A stretch of 64,000 bases of DNA, taken from an uncultured Pelagibacteraceae bacterium. Its GTDB lineage: Bacteria; Pseudomonadota; Alphaproteobacteria; Pelagibacterales; Pelagibacteraceae. The translations under genes and the position numbers were made by a program. Positions 1 through 9,260 of this stretch are shown here, in pieces (positions within the stretch are counted from its first letter, which is position 1; every line of letters begins with the position of its first letter). The notes under the pieces were generated by a model that was not told the DNA's origin, searched no databases, and saw nothing but the letters and a program-made list of their open reading frames with translations. The stretch is taken from contig CACNFB010000003.1 in NCBI GenBank assembly GCA_902619665.1, forward strand, positions 13,527-77,526, given 5' to 3'.

Positions 1-203
1 ATACTTGCCTCATTAAATATTTTTTCATTATTACCTGCTAGAGCTGCAATTATTGCACCAACTATAATGACTGATGAAATTGCATTAGTTACTGACATTA
101 GCGGCGTATGAAGGGATGGGGTCACGCTCCATACAACATAATAGCCTACAAAAATTGACAATATAAAAATACTCAATCTAAATACAAAAGGATCTATTTC
201 CAT
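1..203 (-). CDS. pntAB: NAD(P) transhydrogenase subunit alpha part 2 (membrane part), runs off the window start
   Basis: Hand translation from ATG at 203: [50 protein letters not shown]..., carrying the PntA C-terminal motif [16 protein letters not shown]; abuts the pntAA stop. Confidence 0.93.
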   Translation of the reverse strand, partial: MEIDPFVFRLSIFILSIFVGYYVVWSVTPSLHTPLMSVTNAISSVIIVGAIIAALAGNNEKIFNEAS

Positions 204-1292
204 TTATTTTACCAAAGTTTTTTTAATAATTTCATCCTCTAAATTTATATTAATTTTGCTGTTTTTTTTATCATATAAATTAATTACAAAATTTAGCAAA
301 TTTTTAGAATATAAGTTAGACGCAGATATTGGAAGTTTATTAAGTAAATTACTATCTCCTAAAATTTTAACTCCATTTGTTTCAACTATTTCATCTGCTT
401 TTGTAAATTCAGTATTACCTCCTTGAGAGGCTGCTAAATCATAAATAACAGAGCCTTTCGGCATTACCTTTATCATATCTCCCTTAATTATTACTGGAGC
501 CTTTTTTCCTGGTATTAAAGCTGTGCAAATAACTATATCAATTTTTTTTAGTGTCTCTGTCAATAAATCTTCTTGTTTCTTTTTAAATTCTGCTGAGGCT
601 TCTTTTGCATATCCTCCAGAAGTCTCTAAATTTTCTGAACCTTCAACAATTAAAAACTTGCCTCCCAAACTTTCTACTTGTTCTTTAGATGCCATCCTAA
701 CATCGGTAGCAAAAACAATAGCTCCCATTCTTTTTGCTGTAGCAATAGCTTGTAATCCAGCTACCCCAGCGCCTACAACAAGAACTTTTGCGGCTGGAAT
801 AGTGCCAGCAGCAGTCATCATCATTGGAATTGCTTTGTTAAAAAAAGCAAATGCATCTACTACCGCTTTATAACCAGCAAGATTAGCTTGTGAAGACAAA
901 ATATCCATCGACTGAGCTCGTGTTATTCGAGGAAGTAACTCTAATGAGAAAACATTAATATTTTTCTCAGATAATTTTAAAATTTGATCCTTATTTTTTG
1001 TAGGATCAAAAACTCCAATTAAATTTTTATTTGGAGATAAATTTTTTAAATCTTTTTCGTTTGGTAAGTTTAATTGTAATAATATGTCCGAATTTTTAAT
1101 AATTTCACCTTTGTCATCAAAAAACTCAGCACCGTTTTCTGAAAATTTTTCATCATCTATATCAAGATGATTACCATAGTTTTTTTCAAGGTAAACTTTA
1201 AAGCCATTTGAGATAAATTTTTTTACATTATCTGGAGTGACTGAAATTCTTTTTTCAGTAGCTTTATCTTCACAAATAGAACCTATAATCAT
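204..1292 (-). CDS. pntAA: NAD(P) transhydrogenase subunit alpha part 1 (dI, NAD-binding)
   Basis: RITRAQSMDILSSQANLAGY, GAGVAGLQA and GGYAK motifs. The ATG at 1292 (MIIGSICED) is preferred over the ORF-track start at 1367, which overlaps an upstream gene. Confidence 0.95.
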   Translation of the reverse strand: MIIGSICEDKATEKRISVTPDNVKKFISNGFKVYLEKNYGNHLDIDDEKFSENGAEFFDDKGEIIKNSDILLQLNLPNEKDLKNLSPNKNLIGVFDPTKNKDQILKLSEKNINVFSLELLPRITRAQSMDILSSQANLAGYKAVVDAFAFFNKAIPMMMTAAGTIPAAKVLVVGAGVAGLQAIATAKRMGAIVFATDVRMASKEQVESLGGKFLIVEGSENLETSGGYAKEASAEFKKKQEDLLTETLKKIDIVICTALIPGKKAPVIIKGDMIKVMPKGSVIYDLAASQGGNTEFTKADEIVETNGVKILGDSNLLNKLPISASNLYSKNLLNFVINLYDKKNSKININLEDEIIKKTLVK

Positions 1293-1309
1293 TAATTTTT
1301 TTTCTGAAT

Positions 1310-1420
1310 TTACAATAAGACAATAGCTAAGACTACCAATATAGCAATAACTGATATTGTCCCCCAAAGAACAAACTTAGTAAAATTTTCCCAAGTTTTT
1401 TTGTGATTATCGTTATCCAT
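1310..1420 (-). CDS. Probable aa3-type cytochrome c oxidase subunit IV (36 aa, single TM)
   Basis: Hand translation MDNDNHKKTWENFTKFVLWGTISVIAILVVLAIVLL; matches the MD...H..T(Y/W)..F..F plus TM helix pattern of alphaproteobacterial subunit IV, which typically lies upstream of pntA. Confidence 0.75.
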   Translation of the reverse strand: MDNDNHKKTWENFTKFVLWGTISVIAILVVLAIVLL

Positions 1421-1424
1421 TCAT

Positions 1425-1550
1425 TTATTTTTGTCTTGCTTTGAACTTAGGATTTTTTTTATTGATTATATAAACTCTACCTCTTCTTTTAACCATCTTA
1501 GAGTTTAAATCTCTTTTTTTTAAAGATTTAAGGGAGCTTTTAATTTTCAT
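1425..1550 (-). CDS. rpmJ: 50S ribosomal protein L36, type B (Zn-independent)
   Basis: Hand translation [41 protein letters not shown] (41 aa), YkgO/type-B signature. Confidence 0.95.
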   Translation of the reverse strand: MKIKSSLKSLKKRDLNSKMVKRRGRVYIINKKNPKFKARQK

Positions 1551-1559
1551 AATAGTTTA

Positions 1560-1675
1560 GCCTGGCAACGTCCTACTCTCCCATGCCTTAAGACAAAGTA
1601 CCATCGGCGCAGAAGGGCTTGACTTCCGAGTTCGGAATGGGATCGGGTATTACACCTTCGCAATAATCACCAGGC
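1560..1675 (-). rRNA. rrf: 5S rRNA (orphan; no 16S/23S adjacent)
   Basis: Reverse complement GCCTGGTGATTATTGCGAAGGTG...CCCGATCCCATTCCGAACTCGGAAGTCAAG...CGCCGATGGTACT...GGGAGAGTAGGACGTTGCCAGGC; terminal helix I and the conserved CCGAAC loop. Confidence 0.97.
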
Positions 1676-1681
1676 AATGGA

Positions 1682-1709
1682 CTTATACTAAAATATTTAG
1701 ACTTGTAAA
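1682..1709 (-). promoter_or_regulatory. Putative sigma70 promoter for the 5S rRNA
   Basis: Minus strand TTTACA (1709-1704), 16-nt spacer, TATAAG (1687-1682), 6 nt before the 5S 5' end; the AT-rich background limits specificity. Confidence 0.5.
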
Positions 1710-1728
1710 TATGAAATTTTAAGCAATT

Positions 1729-2658
1729 TTAATAATTTTTTTGGTAATCTTTAAAAGTGGTATCAAAACCCTTGTGGAAATCATTTTTTGGTTTCCAGCC
1801 ATATTTTTTAGCTAACGAGATGTCTAAACATTTTTCTGGCGTTCCACCAGGTTTAGATTTGTCAAACTTAATTTTCAAATTTACTCCGATTTTTTTCATT
1901 AAGAATTTAGCATACCATTTTATCGAATAACTTTTACCTGTGCCGATATTTAAAAAAGGTTCTTTAAAATCTTTATTCATAAAAAAAATAAGTGCATCTG
2001 CAAAATCCTCTACAAACATTAATTCTCTTTTTGCTTTCCCAGTTCCCCACAAAACAACATATTTCTTATTCTGTTTTTTTGCTTTAATTATTTTATTCAT
2101 TAAAGCAGGATAAAAATGCGAATTTTGTGAATCATAATTATCACCTGGACCATACATGTTAGGGGGCATTAGGCTCTTATAGTTTAAATTATAGTTTTTA
2201 GAATAATTTGCGCACATATGAATACCTGCAATTTTAGCTATGGCATATGAATCGTTTGTCTCTTCTAATTTTCCAGTCAAAATATATTTTTCTTTCATAG
2301 GTTGTTTACAGTTTCTTGGATAAATACAGCTTGATCCTAAAAAAATTAAATTTTTAATTCGGGCTAAATATGAACCATGTATTAAATTATTTTGAATTTG
2401 TAAATTTTCATACAAAAATTTATCTTTATATTTTGAATTAGCTACAATTCCTCCAACTTTAGCTGCAGCAATTATTACCAATTTTGGTTTATTTTTTATT
2501 AAGAAGCTATGAACTTTTTTTTGGTCTAATAAATTAAGTTTTTTTTTATCGACAAGAAGTAAGTTTTTGTAACCTATTTTTTTTAGTTTTCTGTGAATTG
2601 ACGAGCCGACCATTCCTTTATGTCCAGCTATGAAAATTTTACTTTTTTTGCTAAGCAT
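1729..2658 (-). CDS. fcl: GDP-L-fucose synthase
   Basis: GHKGMVGS, AAAKVGGI, LGSSCIYP, YAIAK and WGTGKAKRE motifs; downstream of gmd. Confidence 0.93.
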   Translation of the reverse strand: MLSKKSKIFIAGHKGMVGSSIHRKLKKIGYKNLLLVDKKKLNLLDQKKVHSFLIKNKPKLVIIAAAKVGGIVANSKYKDKFLYENLQIQNNLIHGSYLARIKNLIFLGSSCIYPRNCKQPMKEKYILTGKLEETNDSYAIAKIAGIHMCANYSKNYNLNYKSLMPPNMYGPGDNYDSQNSHFYPALMNKIIKAKKQNKKYVVLWGTGKAKRELMFVEDFADALIFFMNKDFKEPFLNIGTGKSYSIKWYAKFLMKKIGVNLKIKFDKSKPGGTPEKCLDISLAKKYGWKPKNDFHKGFDTTFKDYQKNY

Positions 2659-3691
2659 CAAGGTTTTTCACTTCCTCTGATATCATTTCCTCTATAAGTT
2701 GATAAATATTTGTTTTAGGTTTCCAAGAAAGTTGCTTTCTAGCTTTAGCAGCATTTCCTAATAAAGTATTAACATCCAATGGTCTTAAATAATTCTTATC
2801 TACAAAAATTATATTTCTTTTACCGATCAAATCATATCCTTTCTCATTTGTGCCTTTTCCCAACCACTTTATTCTCATATTTAACTTTTTTGCCACAAAA
2901 TTAATAAATTGTCTGATGCTGTATTGTTTTCCAGTTGCAATAACAAAATCATCTGGTTTCTTCTGTTGTAAAATTTTCCACATTGCCTCAACATAATCTC
3001 TAGCATGACCCCAATCTCTTTTTGCATCCAAATTTCCCAGATAAAGTTTCTTTTGTTTTCCCATTTTAATTTTAACCAGTGCACTAATTATTTTTTTAGT
3101 AACAAATGTTTCACCTCTTCTAGGACTTTCATGATTAAATAATATTCCATTAGATCCAAATATATTATAAGCTTCTCTATAATTTTTTGTAATCCAATGA
3201 GCATAAAGTTTTGCAACACCGTAAGGACTTAACGGATAAAAGTCAGTTTTCTCATTTTGAGGAACTTCTTGAACTTTCCCATACATTTCTGAGGTACCAG
3301 CCTGATAAAATTTTGTTTTTTTTTCTAATTTGTGAAATTTAATCGCCTCAAGAATTCTCAATGCACCAAGAGCATCTGCATTAGCTGTATACTCGGGAAC
3401 TTCAAATGAAACAGCAACGTGAGACTGGGCAGCAAGATTATAAATTTCATCTGGTTTAACTAACTCAATAATTTTTGATACAGAAGTTGAATCTGTTATA
3501 TCCCCGTAATGTATAATAAAATTTCGAGATTTTTGGTGTGGGTCTTGATAAATATGATCTATTCTTTGAGTATTAATTGATGAAGACCTTCTTTTTACAC
3601 CATGAACTATATATTTTTTATTTAATAAAAATTCAGCAAGATATGATCCATCCTGGCCGGTGAGTCCAAATATTAAAGCTTTTTTTTTCAC
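2651..3691 (-). CDS. gmd: GDP-mannose 4,6-dehydratase
   Basis: GLTGQDGSYLAE, NLAAQSHV, SPYGVAK, NHESPRRGETFVT and RDWGHARDYV motifs; GTG start. Confidence 0.97.
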   Translation of the reverse strand: MKKKALIFGLTGQDGSYLAEFLLNKKYIVHGVKRRSSSINTQRIDHIYQDPHQKSRNFIIHYGDITDSTSVSKIIELVKPDEIYNLAAQSHVAVSFEVPEYTANADALGALRILEAIKFHKLEKKTKFYQAGTSEMYGKVQEVPQNEKTDFYPLSPYGVAKLYAHWITKNYREAYNIFGSNGILFNHESPRRGETFVTKKIISALVKIKMGKQKKLYLGNLDAKRDWGHARDYVEAMWKILQQKKPDDFVIATGKQYSIRQFINFVAKKLNMRIKWLGKGTNEKGYDLIGKRNIIFVDKNYLRPLDVNTLLGNAAKARKQLSWKPKTNIYQLIEEMISEEVKNLDA

Positions 3692-3802
3692 TTATAATTT
3701 TTTTAATATAATTAATTTTTTAGAAAGTAAAGATTAATAAGAAATATTGTTAATATATATAATCAAATAATTATTGAACAGCTTTTAACCTTTATAAAAA
3801 TG

Positions 3803-5497
3803 TTAAAATTTATCTTTTTTTCTTATAAAAATATATTTGCCCATTTTTGTTTTTATGAAATATTCATCTTCTGTATTACATGCATTCTTATCTTTTAGGC
3901 AATCTTTGTAATTTTTTATAATATTATGAGTTTGCTTTTCTATTCTAAAATATGAATCATCAACTTTATAATAAGGATTTAAAATAACGTTATAATTATA
4001 TTTTTTGTTTTCATTATTAATTCTATCAACATTTCTTAATCCAAAAATTATCGTAGAAATTAATATTATAATAAAAGTCTTTTTTTTTATTGAATTCATA
4101 TTATTTTTATTTTTTTCTAATAATAATGAAAATGGGACAAAAAAAGATACCGCTATTAGAGAGTAACCGCCATATCTTAAAGCAGGATGATTTACAAACC
4201 ACTCTATTAATAAAATGATTATAGCAAAATATAAGTATATAATTTCTTTTTTAGAATTTTTTTTAATTTTTTTTTTTGAGTAAAAAGTTACTAAAAAAAT
4301 TATTATTAAAACTACAATACCAAGTAAAAAATCTGTAACCTTAAAGAAGAAATATTTATTAATCCAATTATTTAACCAGTTAAAGTCTTTAACATAGTTA
4401 CTTAGATCGTTAACAACATAACTAGGAGTTTTGCCAGCTTTTGACCAACCTTCATAATGAAGCCTCATCATCTCAATTTCCTTAACTTGTATAGACCAAT
4501 CAAAATTAGTAAAACAGCTATTTACCAAAGGATAAATTAAACATCCGGTATTTAAGAAATTCGTAATTAAAACAAAAATTAGCAACAATAATGAGAAATA
4601 AAAAGTTCTATTAAAAAAAACTTTAAGTATTAGATTTCGAAAACCAATCCTTTTTAAAACTATTACTAATAAAGGTATTAATATTAAACCATATAAAAAA
4701 TAAAAGGCTTTTAATGAAATAGTTATTGCAAACAAAATTGAAATTATTGATACTTCATAATTTGATATTTTTTTTAGGTTAAAAATTTTAAAAATTTCAG
4801 TTACAATCAATAAAATTAATATTTGAGCTGATCTATCTGTTCCATGCTCTGCCAATCTGTAAAAAAATACTAAAATGAAAATTAAAGATAGAAGATTATA
4901 ATAATAAAGATAATTTATTTCTTTTTTCTTAATATTTTCTGTAATATTTGAGAAAAATATATAAATAGCAGATCCATATATTATTGCCGATCCAATATGA
5001 AATAAATTAAATTTTATTACAGGCAAATAAAACAATGAATTAAAATAAAATAATGACGATGGAGTTCGAAAACCGTGGTTAAACTGCCCTATTCCAACAA
5101 AAGATGAACTTTGGGTTAAATAATAAGTATAAGGAAAATGGTAATATGGAAAGTCATCATGCGATTTAAAAATTAAAAAAGATATAAATAACAATAAAAA
5201 TAAAATAATTAAAATTTTAAAATTTTTCTTAATTAAAAGTTTTTTTATATCGTTTAAATAAAATAAAAATAAACCTATGATTAAAACAATTAGATTGTGG
5301 TAAATATTATGCTCATAAAAAAAATTTGAAAAATAAGAGTATAAAGTTAAAAAAAAAAAACCTATTAAGAGTGAATATCCCAGGCATCTTTTTTTAAAAG
5401 GAATATTGATTATTTTTTGTAAGTAAAATCCATATCCAAATGTAGAAATAATAGATACAAAGTAAAAAGAGAAAAGAATAATAAAATCAGTCTTCAT
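3803..5497 (-). CDS. Large polytopic membrane protein, putative GT-C-type glycosyltransferase or polymerase
   Basis: About 12-14 hydrophobic segments; HDDFPYYH after the early TMs; position inside a glycan island. Function inferred. Confidence 0.5.
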   Translation of the reverse strand: MKTDFIILFSFYFVSIISTFGYGFYLQKIINIPFKKRCLGYSLLIGFFFLTLYSYFSNFFYEHNIYHNLIVLIIGLFLFYLNDIKKLLIKKNFKILIILFLLLFISFLIFKSHDDFPYYHFPYTYYLTQSSSFVGIGQFNHGFRTPSSLFYFNSLFYLPVIKFNLFHIGSAIIYGSAIYIFFSNITENIKKKEINYLYYYNLLSLIFILVFFYRLAEHGTDRSAQILILLIVTEIFKIFNLKKISNYEVSIISILFAITISLKAFYFLYGLILIPLLVIVLKRIGFRNLILKVFFNRTFYFSLLLLIFVLITNFLNTGCLIYPLVNSCFTNFDWSIQVKEIEMMRLHYEGWSKAGKTPSYVVNDLSNYVKDFNWLNNWINKYFFFKVTDFLLGIVVLIIIFLVTFYSKKKIKKNSKKEIIYLYFAIIILLIEWFVNHPALRYGGYSLIAVSFFVPFSLLLEKNKNNMNSIKKKTFIIILISTIIFGLRNVDRINNENKKYNYNVILNPYYKVDDSYFRIEKQTHNIIKNYKDCLKDKNACNTEDEYFIKTKMGKYIFIRKKDKF

Positions 5498-5574
5498 GTA
5501 TAATATATCATTATCACATATCTCTAGGTATCGTAAGTATATAGATAAATAGAGTGTATCTATTGATTAGTGTC

Positions 5575-6573
5575 TCAAGGTCTTTTTTTAATTATTATAA
5601 ATATGAACGAATAAAGAAATATAGAAAAAATAATCAACTTTATCTGATAAAAGCTACTGTAAGGGTTTAAAGAACTAATTAAAATTATGATAAAGTTCAC
5701 TATAGAAATTATTAAACTACTAACATTGTTCGCAATTAATTGGCTCTTAATTATTTTTTTTTTAAATCTTGTGTAAATCAATTGATGCAAATGATTGTTA
5801 TCAGGAATTAAAGGTGAAAGTTTAGATTTTAATTTTCGAATTATGGAAAATAAATTTTCGTAACACGGATACCACAAAAGAGTAATAAAAAAGTAAGGAG
5901 AAATATTTGGACTTGATATATGGCATTTTAAAATTAAATATCCTACAAAAAAACTTAGAATATATGCGCCTGCATCACCCAACATTAAATAGTTACATAA
6001 ATTTAGCAAAAAAATAATTATTATAAAAAATATCAAATAAATTATAAAATCATACTCAATTGAAAGAGCGTTTAATAATCCTAGCTTTAATAAAATAAAG
6101 ATTATAAAAGTCATATAAGATAGCAATAATCCATTTAAACCATCGATAAAATTTGACCCATTTATTAATATTAATAAACAAAACGTGGTAAAAAAAATAT
6201 TGAATACAGGATGTTTTAAAAAATAATCAAACAAAATTAATTTTGATGACAATATCTCTAAATCTAAAAGAATCACTGAAGAAAAGACCAAGATGATTTG
6301 TAGTAGAAATCTTTTTTTTGCCGAAATTAATATTTTTTGATCAGATAAAAATCCTAATAAAAAAATTAAAATCAATAAAATACTGTAAATAATATTTTGG
6401 TAATTTATTAAAATTAAAGGTAAAATTAAAAATATTCCACCAATTAATGGTATATTTTTCTGATTTGAAAAAAACTGATGACTGTCTCCAGTGTAATTCA
6501 AAAATAATTTCTTTTTTTTGATAAAAATACTTAATAAAATTACAAAAAATGAATATGTTAAAAGAAAATACAT
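5575..6573 (-). CDS. MraY/WecA-family polyprenyl-phosphate N-acetylhexosamine-1-phosphate transferase
   Basis: IPLIGG, NGSNFIDGLNGL, MLGDAGA and PDNNHLH motifs; about 10 TMs. Confidence 0.85.
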   Translation of the reverse strand: MYFLLTYSFFVILLSIFIKKKKLFLNYTGDSHQFFSNQKNIPLIGGIFLILPLILINYQNIIYSILLILIFLLGFLSDQKILISAKKRFLLQIILVFSSVILLDLEILSSKLILFDYFLKHPVFNIFFTTFCLLILINGSNFIDGLNGLLLSYMTFIIFILLKLGLLNALSIEYDFIIYLIFFIIIIFLLNLCNYLMLGDAGAYILSFFVGYLILKCHISSPNISPYFFITLLWYPCYENLFSIIRKLKSKLSPLIPDNNHLHQLIYTRFKKKIIKSQLIANNVSSLIISIVNFIIILISSLNPYSSFYQIKLIIFSIFLYSFIFIIIKKRP

Positions 6574-7317
6574 TTATTTTTTTAAAAGAAAATTAATACT
6601 TAAGCACAATAAATAGTATATAGATTTAAAATAATTAAAATTCATATATTCATAATAAACTCTAAAACCATCAATTAATTTTTGTAAAGTTGAGGAAGAT
6701 AATGAGGTCTTAGATTTTGTCCAAAATGTTAATATTTCATCTAAGCCATATATTTTAGCATTTTTTTCCAGAAGTTTAAGCCACAAAACATAGTCCTCTT
6801 TTGTTTTTAAAGAAGCAAACTTAACATTATCATTGATTAAATTTTTTTTTATTATGACTGTAGAGGTGCCAATATCACATGACTTTAAAAGTTCATTTAA
6901 TCTAAAAAAATTTCTTGCTATCCTTTTTCCAATAATTTTTTGGCTTTCATCAACGATACAGTACGAAGTGTGAGTTATCTCATAATTGTTTGTCTTCATA
7001 AAATTTATTTGTTTATTTAGTTTGTCATTTTGCCAAGTGTCATCTGCATCTAAAAAAGCAATATATTTGCCTTTCGAACTATTAATACCAATATTTCTTG
7101 ACTCGCCTGCACCCATATTCTTTAAATTTTGGACAATAAATATCCTTTTGTCTTTCTTCTTAATTTTTTGGATAAATTCTAAATCATTTTGATTTTCATC
7201 ATCATAAATAATAATGATCTCTAAATTCTCATAAGTTTGATTTAGAACAGATTTAACAGAATTTATAATATATTTTTTTTTTTTAAAATATGGAATTATT
7301 ACGCTAACTAAATCCAT
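6574..7317 (-). CDS. Glycosyltransferase family 2 (TuaG-like)
   Basis: VSVIIP, SVLNQTY, IAFLDADD (DxD) and EDY motifs. Confidence 0.92.
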   Translation of the reverse strand: MDLVSVIIPYFKKKKYIINSVKSVLNQTYENLEIIIIYDDENQNDLEFIQKIKKKDKRIFIVQNLKNMGAGESRNIGINSSKGKYIAFLDADDTWQNDKLNKQINFMKTNNYEITHTSYCIVDESQKIIGKRIARNFFRLNELLKSCDIGTSTVIIKKNLINDNVKFASLKTKEDYVLWLKLLEKNAKIYGLDEILTFWTKSKTSLSSSTLQKLIDGFRVYYEYMNFNYFKSIYYLLCLSINFLLKK

Positions 7318-7337
7318 TAATTAAGAATATTACAAAA

Positions 7338-9194
7338 TCAGCTTTCTAAAAAACTTTTTAATTGTTTAGATCGACTAGGGTGCTTTAGTTTTCTTAGTGC
7401 TTTAGCCTCAATTTGCCTTATTCTTTCACGCGTTACGGAAAATTGTAAACCAACCTCTTCTAGTGTATGATCTGTATTCATTCCCACCCCAAATCTCATT
7501 CTTAAAACCCTCTCTTCTCTAGGAGTTAATGTGGATAAAATTTTTGTAGTTGCCTCGCTAAGATTTGATTTAATTGCTTGTTCTAAAGGTGCTAAAGCCT
7601 TAGTATCTTCAATGAAATCTCCTAAATTACTATCTTCCTCATCACCAACTGGTTTTTCCAGTGAAACAGGTTCTTTTGAAATTTTTAAAACTTTTCTAAC
7701 TTTCTCTAACGGCATTCTTAATTTTTTGGCAAGTTCCTCTGGGGTAGCCTCTCTACCAAATTCACTTAATATTAACCTTTGAGTTCTGACAATTTTATTT
7801 ATTGTTTCGATCATATGAACAGGTATCCTTATCGTTCTTGCTTGATCTGCAATAGAACGTGTGATTGCCTGTCTTATCCACCAAGTTGCATAAGTAGAAA
7901 ATTTATATCCTCTTCTGTACTCAAATTTATCTACTGCCTTCATCAATCCAATATTACCTTCTTGAATTAAGTCTAAAAATTGTAAGCCACGATTAGTATA
8001 TTTTTTTGCTATTGAAATAACTAATCTCAAATTTGCCTCGACCATTTCTTTTTTTGCAATACGAGACTCTTTTTCTCCTTTTTGTACTCTGCTTACTAAT
8101 TTTTTGAAATCTGTGACGCTTATACCAAGTTTATGGCTTATTTCTATTAACCTATCTCTAATGTTTTTAAATTCATTTTTATTTTTATTGAAAAAATTTT
8201 TCCAAATTGTGTTTGATGTTAAGAAATTTTTTAAATTTGGATTAATTTCATTACCTATATAAAATTTAATAAATTCATCTCTAGAAATTTTATCATTCAT
8301 AGCTAACCTCAACAAATTTCCCTCCAATGAAATTATTTTTTTATTTTCTATGTAATGTTTTTGAACTAAATTTTCTAAAACAGATGGAGACAATTGAAGA
8401 GTTTTTATACTTTCTAAAATTTCATCAACTAACTTCTGATAATTTTTTTCTTTAGCTGGTGAATATTTAATATTATTTAAAATGCTATTAAGCTTATCTT
8501 TTTGATGTTTAATTAATTTGGAATAGTTTTTAGTCAAATTGTTTACTGTCTCTAGAACTTTTGGCTTAATCTCACTTTCCATTGCTGCTAAAGTTGGATT
8601 AAATTCATCTTCATCATCAGTATTATTATTTTCTTTTTTTTCATCTTCTGAATCATTTTTATTAGTCTGTAGCTCGCTTTTGTTTTTTTTATTTTTTAAT
8701 CCTTGTGAGGAATTTTCATCCTCCATATAATTTGTATCGATATCTATAATTTCTCTAACCATTATTTCATCTTTATGAAGTTTATCATTCCAATCATTAA
8801 ATTGCTGAGCTGTTATTGGACTTTGTGATAATGCATTCAACATTACATCTTTTCCAGCTTCTATTCGTTTAGCAATTGCAATTTCACCCTCTCTTGATAA
8901 TAACTCAACACCACCCATTTCCCTTAAATACATACGAATTGGATCGTCACTTTTCTCTAAACTTTTAGGCTCCTCTTTGTTTTGATTGTCTCTTTTTTTA
9001 ATAGCTTTAAAATCCGATTTTTTTTCCACAAGTGAAATTTTTTCGTCTAATATATGTAGAAAAGCTTGAGAAAGATTTTCACTTGATAAATTTCTTTTAC
9101 CTAAAGATTTGTTTAATTCTTCATGAGTAATAAAGCCCCTATGAACACCTCTGCCCATAAGTCTCGCAAATGATTTTGTAATAATTCTTTCCAC
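7338..9194 (-). CDS. rpoD: RNA polymerase primary sigma factor RpoD
   Basis: [40 protein letters not shown] and [16 protein letters not shown]. Confidence 0.99.
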   Translation of the reverse strand: MERIITKSFARLMGRGVHRGFITHEELNKSLGKRNLSSENLSQAFLHILDEKISLVEKKSDFKAIKKRDNQNKEEPKSLEKSDDPIRMYLREMGGVELLSREGEIAIAKRIEAGKDVMLNALSQSPITAQQFNDWNDKLHKDEIMVREIIDIDTNYMEDENSSQGLKNKKNKSELQTNKNDSEDEKKENNNTDDEDEFNPTLAAMESEIKPKVLETVNNLTKNYSKLIKHQKDKLNSILNNIKYSPAKEKNYQKLVDEILESIKTLQLSPSVLENLVQKHYIENKKIISLEGNLLRLAMNDKISRDEFIKFYIGNEINPNLKNFLTSNTIWKNFFNKNKNEFKNIRDRLIEISHKLGISVTDFKKLVSRVQKGEKESRIAKKEMVEANLRLVISIAKKYTNRGLQFLDLIQEGNIGLMKAVDKFEYRRGYKFSTYATWWIRQAITRSIADQARTIRIPVHMIETINKIVRTQRLILSEFGREATPEELAKKLRMPLEKVRKVLKISKEPVSLEKPVGDEEDSNLGDFIEDTKALAPLEQAIKSNLSEATTKILSTLTPREERVLRMRFGVGMNTDHTLEEVGLQFSVTRERIRQIEAKALRKLKHPSRSKQLKSFLES

Positions 9195-9260
9195 AGTTTA
9201 AAATTTGGAATTACCTATATAAAGACAATTTGAAAAAAATCTATATTTTTTTGTCTGTAT

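Noticed and set aside
1293-1367. 25-aa N-terminal extension of PntAA in the ORF track
   Set aside because: It overlaps the subunit IV-like ORF in another frame; the ATG at 1292 gives a normal PntA N-terminus
5541-5563. Inverted repeat ATAGATA-N9-TATCTAT in the island spacer
   Set aside because: AT-only 7-bp stem with no U-tract; expected by chance at this base composition
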